Source: Octopus sinensis (Eukaryota). Taken from it: a stretch of DNA of 20,416 nucleotides. The notes beneath the pieces are model-generated. The model had not been told where the DNA came from, ran no database searches, and was given only the letters and a program-made list of their open reading frames with translations. Shown piece after piece: positions 1 through 10,419 of the stretch (position 1 is its first letter; every line of letters starts with the position of its first letter). The position numbers were made by a program, and so were the translations under genes. The stretch is taken from assembly GCF_006345805.1 (NCBI RefSeq), contig NW_021824544.1, forward strand, positions 1 to 20,416, written 5' to 3'.

Positions 1-128
1 CACTGCTAAGTTTACGTGTGTAGGGAGCGCTGCCCAAACATCAACACCGCTTTTCGACTGTCGTAAGCACAAAGGCACAACGTTTGCGAGGGGCGGGGGC
101 AGTCATGTACTTTTGTTGCTGTATTTTA

Positions 129-339
129 ATTCTTTTATTTTTTACTGGTTTCAGTCATTAGACTGAGGCCATTCTGGGGCACCGCTTTGAGCATTTCTTT
201 TAGTTAAATGAATTACTTATTCTATCGGATCTTTTGCAGAATCGCTAAGTTACTGGGACATGAACACACCAAAACTGTTGTCAAGCGGTGACAGAGGGGA
301 CACACACACACACACAAACACACACACAAACACACACAC

Positions 340-379
<40 letters not shown>

Positions 380-505
380 CGGGCTTCTTCCAGTTTCCGT
401 ATACCAGATGCATTCATAAGGCTTCGGTCGACCCGAAGCAATAGTAGAAGACGCCCAAGGCGCCACATAGTGGGACTGAACCCGGAACCATGTAGTTGGA
501 TAGTC
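129..505 (-). mobile_element. tRNA-derived SINE, family A (diverged copy with internal (CA)n/(TA)n)
   Basis: Reverse complement aligns by eye to the family A copies at 6651, 9387 and 12106, including the GGTTCCGGGTTCAGTCCCACT B-box region, the internal TA/TG microsatellite (300-377) and the GACTGAAAC-AGTAAAA tail. Confidence 0.85.
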
Positions 506-756
506 ACGATTTTAGAGACATCTGTTAGTTGTTTGTGGAAGGTCACGTGACACGTGTAAGGATCCCTCTAATGATGTAAAGTCATCGTTAATTAGATCTT
601 CCATCTCCAGGTCTGACGAGATCAACTTCCATCTCGACCGACCTGTCACGTCATAACACTTTCTCCTGTTTTCACTTGGCATGAATCGCGATTTAAATAT
701 GGCGTCGTCGCAGCAAATTGAGACAAATTTATTAAACTGGCCGTCAGTTGATATAT

Positions 757-1325
757 AAACCTTTCTACTAAAAGCACAAAGCCTGAAATTTGTGGGGAGG
801 GGACTAATCGATTACATTGACCCCAGTGTTTCACTGGTAATTAATTTATCGACCCCGAAAGGATGAAAAACAAAGTCGACCTCGGCGGAATTTGAACTCA
901 GAACGTAGCGAAATACCTATTTCTTTACTACCCACAAGGGGCTTAACACAGAGGGGACAAACAAGGACAGACAGACTGATTAAGTCGATTATATCGACCC
1001 CAGTGCGTAACTGGTACTTAATTTATCGACCCCAAAAGGATGAAAAGCAAAGTCGACCTCGGCGGAATTTGAACTCAGAACGTAGCGAAATACCTATTTC
1101 TTTACTACCCACAAGGGGCTAAACACAGAGGGGACAAACAAGGACAGACAGACAGACTGATTAAGTCGATTATATCGACCCCAGTGCGTAACTGGTACTT
1201 AATTTATCGACCCCGAAAGGATGAAAAGCAAAGTCGACCTCGGCGGAATTTGAACTCAGAACGTAGCGAAATACCACTAAGCATTTCATCCAGTGCGTTA
1301 ACGATTCTGCCAGTTCACCGCCTTT
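757..1325 (-). mobile_element. tRNA-derived SINE, family B, with internal 177/181-bp tandem reiteration
   Basis: Minus strand begins GGCGGTGAACTGGCAGAATCG (A-box-like), then GAGTTCAAATTCC (B-box), then the core GTCGACTTTGCTTTTCATCCTTTCGGGGTCGATAAATTAAGTACCAG. The core recurs three times (AATTTATCGACCCC at 843, 1020, 1201). Confidence 0.85.
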
Positions 1326-1334
1326 CCGTTGATA

Positions 1335-1590
1335 TACAATGCACGATATTCTATACCTGATATACGAAATACAATATGCGATATATGATATATCTGACAT
1401 ACGATATACGGTGTTCGATCTGCGATAAACAATATGGTATATATGACTTATGATATGTAATATACAATATATAATACATGATATATAATATACGATATAC
1501 GAAATATGAAATATGTTATATCGTGTATGGTGAATGATAAACGATATATATGATATATGATATTCGATAAACGATAAACTATGCACAATA
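1335..1590. repeat. Degenerate AT-rich low-complexity repeat (ATATACG/ATATG-like)
   Basis: Imperfect reiteration of atatac/atatg/acgata motifs. It produces the I/Y/H/S-rich spurious ORFs at 1170-1660. Confidence 0.8.
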
Positions 1591-1844
1591 TATATGTTAA
1601 GTTTCCCACGTTTGTAAACTTCGTGGTTTGGATGTTGATATCATTTGCCATGCAATTCATTTGATAAACTCAATAGATGAGGTTTTCTTGTAAATCATTA
1701 TAGTTTTAATTAATCAACTGCTAACATAATAAATTGAACGAAAGTCAATGAATTCAATTAATTTCATTGTGACGAGAGCAAAATCAATGATCAATGTTAA
1801 TTACATCTGATCATGACAAAGGTGCGACAACTCTATTTCATTAA

Positions 1845-2047
1845 AATATTGGTTTCTAAATTTAGCACAAGGCCAGCAAAATCGGAGCAAAGGAGTAAGT
1901 CGGTTACATCGACTCCAATACTCTACTGATACTTATTTTATTAACCCCTAAAATATTAAAGGCAAAGTCGATCTCAGCGAGTTCGAACTCAGACTGTAAA
2001 CACGGACATTTTGCCTGGCTGTTTAATGATTCTGCCAGATTGCCGCT
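1845..2047 (-). mobile_element. Diverged family B SINE
   Basis: Contains aaaggcaaagtcgatctcagcgagttcgaactcaga and gattctgccag, which are diverged matches to the family B core and head at 757-1325. Confidence 0.75.
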
Positions 2048-3137
2048 TTAATTCATTAAAATATTAATTACGCATACAATGAGAAAGTGGAAGTATTAGT
2101 TTTAGGATTAGTGTTACTCTAATGTTATCTTTGACAAGCACAGTGATAACTGTGGATATATTCCAGCCTTATCAGACCTTCTCAGTGACATATAATCGTT
2201 TCTAATGTTTGTTAGATCTAGTGAAAGGAAATCACCATAGAGGTCGATGAAAATTTATACGAGTCAGCACGACAACAATTTGATATATTTAACATAATTT
2301 ACTTCAGTCCATTATGATTTTTATTCCTAATTCAAATTCAAGAACGGATAATTTATCAAGAATCAGACATTATTGAACCAGTATACAAAACATCTAAGCT
2401 TGTGGGAGTTTTAGCATTTAGATTAGTAAAATGTAATTTTGTCGCAGCTTTTAGTGATTCCCGCGCAATTTGGAAAAAAACGGTAAATTTGTTTTAAAAT
2501 GAATGAATAATTAGTTTAAGTCTACAACGAAAATAGCAAAAAGTGGGCGATAAAGTGAAAATAAATGCTGTTATTCTACTGCATTGGAAATAAGAACACA
2601 TTAAATATAATTTGGTTTGATGTTCTGTTTTCTGTTTGATATATGGAAACAAGTTCTAGCCTGGCTACAAATAACTGATATATATCACTGAGGAGAGAAA
2701 ATCACGCCGAAACATTGTGTATTGTAGATCGCTGACGTTTTGGTTTGATGTGTTTTCATACAAAAAGTTCATTGAAAGAATTTTTCTTCCGAGACAAAAT
2801 CCCGCTGCGAATGCTTTTCACGTTTCAGTGTTTAAGTAATATGTTAAGAATATATATTTTCATCAACACTGTTTCGTACGCTTATACTGCATTAAATACG
2901 ACAGGGTTTCGTCAGTTTTTTTTAGTTGGCTGACGACTAATATTTTCAGCGTTTTATACATAACGACTCTAAATTCCTAGGGTTGTTGGTTATCGATTTT
3001 AAGTTGAATCCTAACGAAGCTCACTTTATCTTACACCAACAAACTATATTTCCTTTATTTTGTTATTGAATCATGAGTAATCTCTCTCATTCAAATACTC
3101 AGAGTAACGCTCGAATACAAACCGTCGAAGCAGCTTT

Positions 3138-3330
3138 TAAGTGGTCACTTAATTTGCTAGGTACGCGGCATGATTCCCTCAAATCCAATTTTAACTTTCA
3201 TAAAAGGAGGAGTATTCATTGAAAACTGAACTATCTGATACACAAAATACAAGACGATCATCTTTTTCTCATATAGGTCTGCTAGTTCAAAACTGTCCAG
3301 GGGCTATACAACAACAACAACAGCAACAAC
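3138..3330 (+). mobile_element. Diverged SINE 3' part, family E, with (ACA)n tail
   Basis: Contains ccctcaaatc...ataggtctgctagttcaaaactgtccaggggctatacaacaacaac, similar to the reverse complement of 12637-12835. Confidence 0.55.
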
Positions 3331-3903
3331 AGTAATTTAAGACGAGCTTCAACTGATTGCTGATTCAATGGTCCTACCTACTGCCGTTCTCAGCGTCATT
3401 ATAGATGTTATAAAGCCGACTGCACTTATTACTTTATTAGCAAGAGCTGTTCAGCAGATGGTGTTGATTACACGGCGTTACTTGGCAGGTAGACAGCAGC
3501 CGTTCGATTGGGAAAGAAACAAGAAAGACAAAGCGACCGACTGTTCTTGGCTGATTAGTTGACACGATTTATGGAAATTATTGGTTGGTGGTTGACGTTT
3601 GGGGATTTTTTTTTCTTTAAGGATTATGTGAAAATATTGACGTTAACGAACAGATGGTTGAAATCTATTTACTTCTTTACGAGGTTAATATATATTGTTT
3701 TAAACGCATGTCTGTCGGTGTATATGGACATACAGACAGACATGGATACGATAGTGTATGATGGATGGATTTTCGGTTTGTGTCGATGATGAGTTGTTTG
3801 AATTCCTTCTCTTGGAATTAATGACAGCGGTTGAGTATTCCGCTGTCAGGGATATCTGTGGCGTAATTTTCGGGTTGAACTAGCGTGATACTATGCAAGA
3901 AGG

Positions 3904-4287
3904 GTGGAGGCGCAATGGCCCAGTGGTTAGGGCAGCGGACTCGCGGTCATAGGATCGCAGTTTCGATTCCCAGACCGGGCGTTGTGAGTGTTTATTGAGC
4001 GAAAACACCTAAAGCTCCACGAGGCTCCGGCAGGGGATGGTGGTGATCCCTGCTGTACTCTTTCACCACAACTTTCTCTCACTCTTACTTCCTGTTTCTG
4101 TTGTACCTGTATTTCAAAGGGCCGGCCTTGTCACTCTCTGTGTCACGCTGAATATCCCCAAGAACTACGTTAAGGGTACACGTGTCTGTGGAGTGCTCAG
4201 CCACTTACACGTTAATTTCACGAGCAGGCTGTTCCGTTGATTCGGATCAACCGGAACCCTTGTCGTCGTAACCGACGGAGTGCTTCC
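3904..4287 (+). mobile_element. tRNA-derived SINE, family C (copy 1 of 3)
   Basis: A-box TGGCCCAGTGG and B-box-like GTTTCGATTCC. About 385 bp, nearly identical to 14029-14415 and 16591-16981, ending GGAGTGCTTCC. Confidence 0.92.
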
Positions 4288-4357
4288 GACATGTAAGGAG
4301 AGTCCTATGACCAGAAAAAATCGAGGCAGTGAGGCAGACAGACAATAATTCTAGGCT

Positions 4358-4490
4358 GGTTCTTCATTTATTCACCCCGGAAGTGTGAATGGCAATGTTG
4401 GCCTCTGTGGGATTCGAACTCAGAACACGTGGAACTAGTACAAATAGCACAACGTATTCTTTCCGACACCCTGCAAATTGCTACCTCGAC
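4358..4490 (-). mobile_element. Highly diverged family B-like SINE fragment
   Basis: tttattcaccccggaagtgtgaatggcaatgttggcctctgtgggattcgaactcagaac resembles the family B core and B-box. Confidence 0.55.
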
Positions 4491-4864
4491 AATCCATTTG
4501 TTACCTTTGAGATGGATCTTCTGTACCAAAGCTGCATGCGGCCCTCAAGCATCTTTCTGGTGGCCCCCAACAGTCTCACCTCTATAAACATAATTTTTTC
4601 TTTAATTGACTTGTGTTTTACTTTATTTGGTGTTGCCCCTAAAAAAAAATCCAGGTTTTGGTGTCCTAAAGTTCGATTCTTTCATCCATCCCACCCACCT
4701 CCGCTGGCTCATTAACCCATTACTGTCACCTCTAGCAACAACCGATACTGCATAGATGGCAGCACTTTCCAAGCCTCATTAAACTTTTGTACACAGACGT
4801 CATCTAAATGCACCTAAGCCTCCTCCATCAACAGATTCTACAATAATCACGTGATTATTATCAC

Positions 4865-5098
4865 GTGACAATCTTGACTCACTCTCTTCGCAACACGAAA
4901 GCCCAGTTACTGCTCTCGTCAAGGAAACCGTTTGGCCCTCCACCGTCGTTAGTCTTGGCCAACTTACAAACAAAACCCTCAGAGTTGCTACAAGTTCCCC
5001 GTCTTACCTCACATGTATTGTGTCTCGTTATCTTCCACCAAACTCGCCATTGCCGCAAACTCACATCATTCCTTCTTATTCACAACATCAAACTATAA
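4865..5098 (+). mobile_element. Possible decayed LINE reverse-transcriptase C-terminal fragment
   Basis: The ORF NTKAQLLLSSRK...PPSLVLANLQTKPSELL loosely resembles the N.SKTQ.L.(I/S)S...P.L post-YADD segment of CR1/L2/Jockey-type RTs. No catalytic motif is visible. Confidence 0.3.
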
Positions 5099-5154
5099 AA
5101 AAAATCTTCTCAGACCTTCACTTTCAACAAGTTGATGGAGTTAAGTTGCTACTT

Positions 5155-5436
5155 CTGCGAAGGCGCATGGCTTAGTGGTTAGGTTGCTACACTCACGATC
5201 ACCAGATCTTGTGTTCATTTTCGGACAAAGCAGTGCGTTATGTTCTGAAGTAAAGCATTTCCTTTCACGTTGCCTCAGTCTACTCGGCTGTAAATGGGTA
5301 CACTCTGCGACGGATTAGCCCTCCGTTCGGGGAAATGGTGCCATGATTCGAAAGCTAAAAAGAAATGATGCAAAGTGTATAGTAACCAGCGATGTATAAC
5401 TACATCCTATAATCTAGTCGATCATGTGATCACGTG
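5155..5436 (+). mobile_element. tRNA-derived SINE, family D, with 12-bp target-site duplication
   Basis: A-box TGGCTTAGTGG, central CAGTCTACTCGGCTGTAAATGGGTA and tail GTGATCACGTG. Flanked by an exact direct repeat AAGTTGCTACTT at 5143-5154 and 5437-5448. Confidence 0.85.
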
Positions 5437-6013
5437 AAGTTGCTACTTTTAGCAAATTGAGTGACTCACCATTCACAGTCCAGACACTGAGAATAGGTAC
5501 CATGAGGAAGTGCAATTAGCTTGTTGTTGTTAGCTTTAATCAATCTTTAACTTGTAATTAACTTCGTTTATTTGCTCAGTGTGTGGGGGGGCAGTTCTTG
5601 CCAATATTATGACTCCTACTCCTGACACCGGAAGAAACCAGGAAAAATACTTTTTCCCGCCTAAACGCTCACGTGAGTTTTCTTTCTGAAAGGTTCAGGC
5701 TTGAATAAGACGATCGCAAGATATAAATTCTTGTTCGTAGTTCAAACCTGGGCGACATAACAAAGAAAAATCTTTAAATGTTTTTTTTTTAGATCTTAAC
5801 ACGTTACTGTTTATATCAAATCACTCATCCGCTGTGAACTTGATCGACACCAGTACAACACTGGTATTTTGATGAAAACCGATTAATATAGAGGTGCTAT
5901 TCACCAAATCCAGAAAATAATCAGCGTGAGATCTCAATGAAACCAGTAGCAATAATACTGCAGGTTCATTGGAAACGATCGATTTTATATAAGCTGACAC
6001 CAACACGTGACCG

Positions 6014-6120
6014 AGTAGTTAATTCTTACCTCAGTACATGACTGGTAATTTAGTAATTATTCTGTCGATCTAGCAAGTATGAAAGGCAAAGTCGACACCA
6101 GCAGAATGCGAACTCAAAAC
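6014..6120 (-). mobile_element. Diverged family B SINE core fragment
   Basis: gtatgaaaggcaaagtcgacaccagcagaatgcgaactcaaaac matches the family B core. Confidence 0.65.
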
Positions 6121-6164
6121 TAAAATTTTCCAAACTCATCAAGGATAATTGTAATGAAAAGAAA

Positions 6165-6248
6165 AACTCTTTCCTTCTCACTCTCTTCCTTTCTTTCTTT
6201 CTATCTCCCCCCCCCTCTCTCTTTCTTTCTCTCTCTCCCTCTGTCTTT
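6165..6248. repeat. CT-rich polypyrimidine low-complexity tract
   Basis: Mixed (CT)n and (CTTT)n. Confidence 0.85.
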
Positions 6249-6650
6249 CGCACGAGTGTGTACCTGCTGATCGTCTGCATTCGATTATCTTTAAGTTTAA
6301 CTTCAAAAACTTATATGAAAACATCTTTGATAATGATACGGCATAGATTTCGGCAGATGATGAAAATGTGGACAGCGTTTCATGGTAAACATAGCCGGAG
6401 AAATAGAAATATAATCTAAGAAATTAATTGTTGAAACTCTAGATTGGAAATGGCTGATGAAGATAGATGGATGGGAAGAAAGTCGAGATTGGAAGGAACG
6501 CAGATTGACCGAGATAACAAATAACAAACACTTGAGACAAAATCTGTTATTTGAGACATCTGCCTCTTGTGAAACTTTAAGACAAGTTTGAAGGGGGAAA
6601 TGGAAAATATAATGAGTGACTTCGATGTGGTATCCAAAATATGATAAACA

Positions 6651-7075
6651 ATAGGCGCAGGAGTGGCTGTGTGGTAAGTAGCTTGGTAACCAACCACATG
6701 GTTCCGGGTTCAGTCCCACTGCGTGGCACCTTGGGCAAGTGTCTTCTGCTATAGCCCCAGGCCGACCAATGCCTTGTGAGTGGATTTGGTAGACGGAAAC
6801 TGAAAGAAGCCTGTCGTATATATGTATATATGTATATATATGTATGTGTGTGTGTGTTTGTGTGTCTGTGTTTGTCCCTCTAGCATTGCTTGACAACCGA
6901 TGCTGGTGTGTTTATGTCCCCGTCACTTAGCGGTTCGGCAAAAGAGACCGATAGAATAAGTACTGGGCTTACAAAGAATAAGTTCCGGGGTCGATTTGCT
7001 CGACTAAAGGCGGTGCTCCAGCATGGCCGCAGTCAAATGACTGAAACAAGTAAAAGAGTAAAGAGTAAAAGAGTA
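6651..7075 (+). mobile_element. Family A SINE, full length (S1)
   Basis: Head ATAGGCGCAGGAGTGGCTGTGTGG (A-box), GGTTCAGTCCC (B-box-like), internal (TA/TG)n and an (AAGAGTA)n tail. Confidence 0.93.
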
Positions 7076-7522
7076 ATGTTTACAAGATGGTAACCCCAAA
7101 AGAATTTTGAAAAGAATACTGGCTGATAAAACATGTTCCAATCTCTATTGGGAACATATCTTTAAAATAATCTTGGTCCAACAAAACAGTCATTATAGGA
7201 AAACAAACGGAATATCTAGATAAGACATAACATTTGGTAAAAGTTTTGGTAGAAATATAAAACCAATATTCCTTGTGCTGATATCTGGGTTCTTTTCTCA
7301 TTTTGATTATTTGAAATGTTCTTGTCAGAAAGGACCTGGTTTCTAACAAGACATAAAGCTCCACCGTTGGAAACGGATAGCAAACAACATCATCACATTG
7401 TGAGGTTGAGAGAAGTTTTGCATCACTTTTGCTGTTCCGCTTGCAGATTGTATTTGTAATGTGCGAATCAGTCGGTTGGTTTCTGGTTCTGAAAACTTCA
7501 GCTTATCCAATTGTCACACAGG

Positions 7523-7629
7523 TTTGTATGTATGTATGTATGTATGTATGTATATGTATGTATGTATGTAGTATGTATGTATGTATGTATATGTATATAT
7601 ATGTGTATATACATATACATATCTATCTA

Positions 7630-7699
<70 letters not shown>
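7523..7699. repeat. Compound (TATG)n/(TA)n microsatellite
   Basis: Directly visible. It is the insertion site of the mariner element. Confidence 0.95.
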
Positions 7700-7703
<4 letters not shown>

Positions 7704-8970
7704 AATGGTATCAAAAAGTTCATGGATTAGTTCTGTAATGTGCCAACAGATGGCAGCACACGAATGCGTGTGCAGTGAAGGCTATCAGTGACCTTCGTGA
7801 AGCAGTGTGACGAGTAACATTGCTGCATTTCTTTCGCAAGTTGTGAAGTTTGTGTTTTTGTGATTAAATGTATGCTGTAGTTTTGCGATTTTGTCACGGA
7901 CAGGAAGTTGGAACAAAGATCCAACGTGAAGTTTTGCTTTAAACTTGGGAAGTCTGCTACAGAGACATTGAGCATGCTTCGACAAGCCTACGATGACGAG
8001 GCGACGGGTCGTACACACCGTTTCGAGTGAGACGGACGCTTTAAAAGCGGAAGAATGTCCCTGGAAGGCGATGAGCGATCAGGAAGGACTTCCACGAGCG
8101 CCACTCCCGGAAATGCGGAGAAAATTCATCAGTTTGTGCATGAGGATTGTTGGAGGACAATCAACGCCATTTCTGATGTTGCTGACCAGTCCTATGGGTC
8201 CGTGCAGGCATCCTAACATGCAGCGTGTCTCTGTCAAGTTTGTCCCCCACCTGCTGACCATTGGAGCAGAAAGAACATCGCCTCGAAGTCTGCCAAGATG
8301 TCTGTCAGCGTGCTGCTGATGATGACCCATCCTTCATGCGAAGGTTCATCACCGGTGACGTCCCTGAGACGGAGCAGCAGTCGTCCTTATGAAAGAGAGA
8401 GACCTTCATCTCCACGGCCAAAGAAGGCACAAGAGAGCCGCAGCTCAATCAAGAGCACGCTCGTCGTTTCTTTCGACGTCCGCGGTGTTGTGCATCAAGA
8501 GTTCGATCCCCCTCCAAGGCCAGACTGTCAATCGAGAGTTCTACTGTGGCGTTTTGAAGTGTTTGAGGGAGGAAATTCGGCGAAAGTGACCGGATCTGTG
8601 GAACGCAAAGAATTGGATTCTTCACCACGACAATGCACCATGTCACCAAACTCTCCTCACTCGTGAGTTTCTCGCCAAAAGCAACATGGTGCCACTTCCA
8701 CACCCACTCTATTCGCCAGATTTAGCACCTGTGGACTTCCGTCTCCTCCCCAAGCCGAAAAGGTAACTCAAAGATCGCCGTTTTAATATCGTTGTCGAGA
8801 TCCAGAGGGAATCACAGAAGGTCCTCGACTTACTTATGTAAAACGACTTCCTGACCGGATTTTAAAAGTGGCAGGAATGCTGGGTGCGCTGTATTCCTGT
8901 GCAAGGTGACCCTTTCGAAGGAGATGATGTTAAAACTCAGGTAAATAAGTTATTTTTTGATACCACCTCC
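7700..8970 (+). mobile_element. Decayed mariner (Tc1/mariner, DD34D) transposon, copy 1
   Basis: About 1.27 kb, with residual TIR TGGTATCAAAAA (7706-7717) and TTTTTGATACCA (8954-8965). Translation from 7899 gives LEQRSNVKFCFKLGKSATETLSMLRQAYDDE, then FVPHLLT, ITGD, SPRPKK, LHHDNAP and YSPDLAPVDF. There are 34 residues between the second and third catalytic D. Confidence 0.93.
7896..8940 (+). pseudogene. Mariner transposase pseudogene, copy 1
   Basis: ACG at the expected start (7896), in-frame stops (e.g. FE*DGRF, RK*PD, KR*LK) and frameshifts. Confidence 0.9.
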
Positions 8971-9327
8971 TTATGTATCTGTGTATGTATGCATTGAAAA
9001 GCAGAGGTGTTGTTTATATATATCTCCAGAGCAGTACTTTCTGCAGATTGTATACTATTTTAGTAAGAACATCATGTCTCAATGGGATGTAATACTACGA
9101 TTGCGTTTTTGGACAGTTGCTGGAACCATATTTAATGTCGTCCATAGAAAACTTGCATTACCGACATCTTGGGTTGCATCTTGACAGTTTAAGAATTTCC
9201 GTGTTCCGTTTGTTAGAGGTATTTTGTAGCAGTTTCCTGGTCGTGTTGCGAAAGATTTGTCATCGAGATATTATGTGATATAACAATATGTATGAATGCA
9301 TTATGCATGTATGAATAGACAGACAGC

Positions 9328-9382
9328 TACATACATACATACATACATACATACATACATACATACATACATACATACATAC
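9328..9382. repeat. (TACA)n microsatellite
   Basis: Directly visible, immediately 5' of SINE S2. Confidence 0.95.
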
Positions 9383-9386
9383 AATA

Positions 9387-9780
9387 ATAGGCGCAGGAGT
9401 GGCTGTGTGGTGAATAGCTTGCTAACCAACCACATGGTTCCGGGTTCAGTCCCACTGCGTGGCATCTTGGGCAAGTGTCTTCTGCTATAGCCCCAGGCCG
9501 ACCATTGCCTTGTGAGTGGATTTGGTAGACGGAAACTAAAAGAAGCCTGTCGTATATGTGTATATATATGTATGTGTGTGTGTTTGTGTGTCTGTGTTTG
9601 TCCCCCTGCTGGTGTGTTTACGTCCCCGTAACTTAGCGGTTCGGCAAAAGAGACCGATAGAATAAGTACTGGGCTTACAAAGAATAAGTCCTGGGGTCGA
9701 TTTGCTCGACTAAGGCGGTGCTCCAGCATGGCCGCAGTCAAATGACTGAACAAGTAAAAGAGTAAAAGAGTAAAAGAGTA
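9387..9780 (+). mobile_element. Family A SINE (S2), with ~20-bp internal deletion
   Basis: Same head and tail as S1 and S3. It lacks AGCATTGCTTGACAACCRAT, which both S1 and S3 carry. Confidence 0.93.
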
Positions 9781-10232
9781 ATGTTTACAAGATGGTAACC
9801 CCAAAAGAATTTTGAAAAGAATACTGGCTGATAAAATATGTTCCAATCTCTATTGAGAACATATCTTTAAAATAATCTCTTGGTCCAACAAAACAGTTAT
9901 TATAGGAAAACAAACGGAATATCGAGATAGGACATAACATTTGGTATAAGTTTTGGTGGAAATATAAAACCAATATTCCTTGTGCTGATATCTGGGTTCT
10001 TTTCTCATTTTGATTATTTGAAATGTTCTTGTCAGAAAGGACCTGGTTTCTAACAAAGACATAAAGCTCCACCGTTGGAATACGGATAGCAAACAACATC
10101 ATCACATTGTGAGGTTGAGAGAAGTTTTGCATCACTTTTGCTGTTCCGCTTGCAGATTGTATTTGTAATGTGCGAATCGGTCGGTTGGTTTCTGGTTCTG
10201 AAAACTTCAGCTTATCCAAATTGTCACACAGG

Positions 10233-10371
10233 TTTGTATGTATGTATGTATGTATGTATGTATGTATGTATGTATGGTGTATGTATGTATGATGTATGTA
10301 TGTATGTATGTATGTATATGTATGTATATGTATATATATGTGTATATACATATACATATCTATATATATAT

Positions 10372-10414
<43 letters not shown>
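10233..10414. repeat. Compound (TATG)n/(TA)n microsatellite
   Basis: Paralog of 7523-7699 with different unit counts. Confidence 0.95.

Positions 10415-10419
<5 letters not shown>

Larger units (their letters stand above)
7076..9780 (+). repeat. Tandem duplication unit 1 (unique sequence + microsatellite + mariner + unique sequence + SINE S2)
   Basis: Colinear with 9781-12521. Both units begin ATGTTTACAAGATGGTAACCCC. SINE heads fall at 6651, 9387 and 12106 (spacings 2736 and 2719). Confidence 0.96.

Noticed and set aside
843-1275. CRISPR-like array
   Set aside because: The units are contiguous near-identical 177/181-bp repeats with no unique spacers, in a eukaryotic context with no cas genes.
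3904-3980. tRNA genes at SINE heads (also 6651, 14029, 16591, 5155)
   Set aside because: A and B boxes are present, but no complete cloverleaf is evident and each runs directly into a SINE body.
6303-6896. 197-aa minus-strand ORF
   Set aside because: About half of it is the antisense of SINE S1 and its microsatellite, and the remainder has no recognisable motif.
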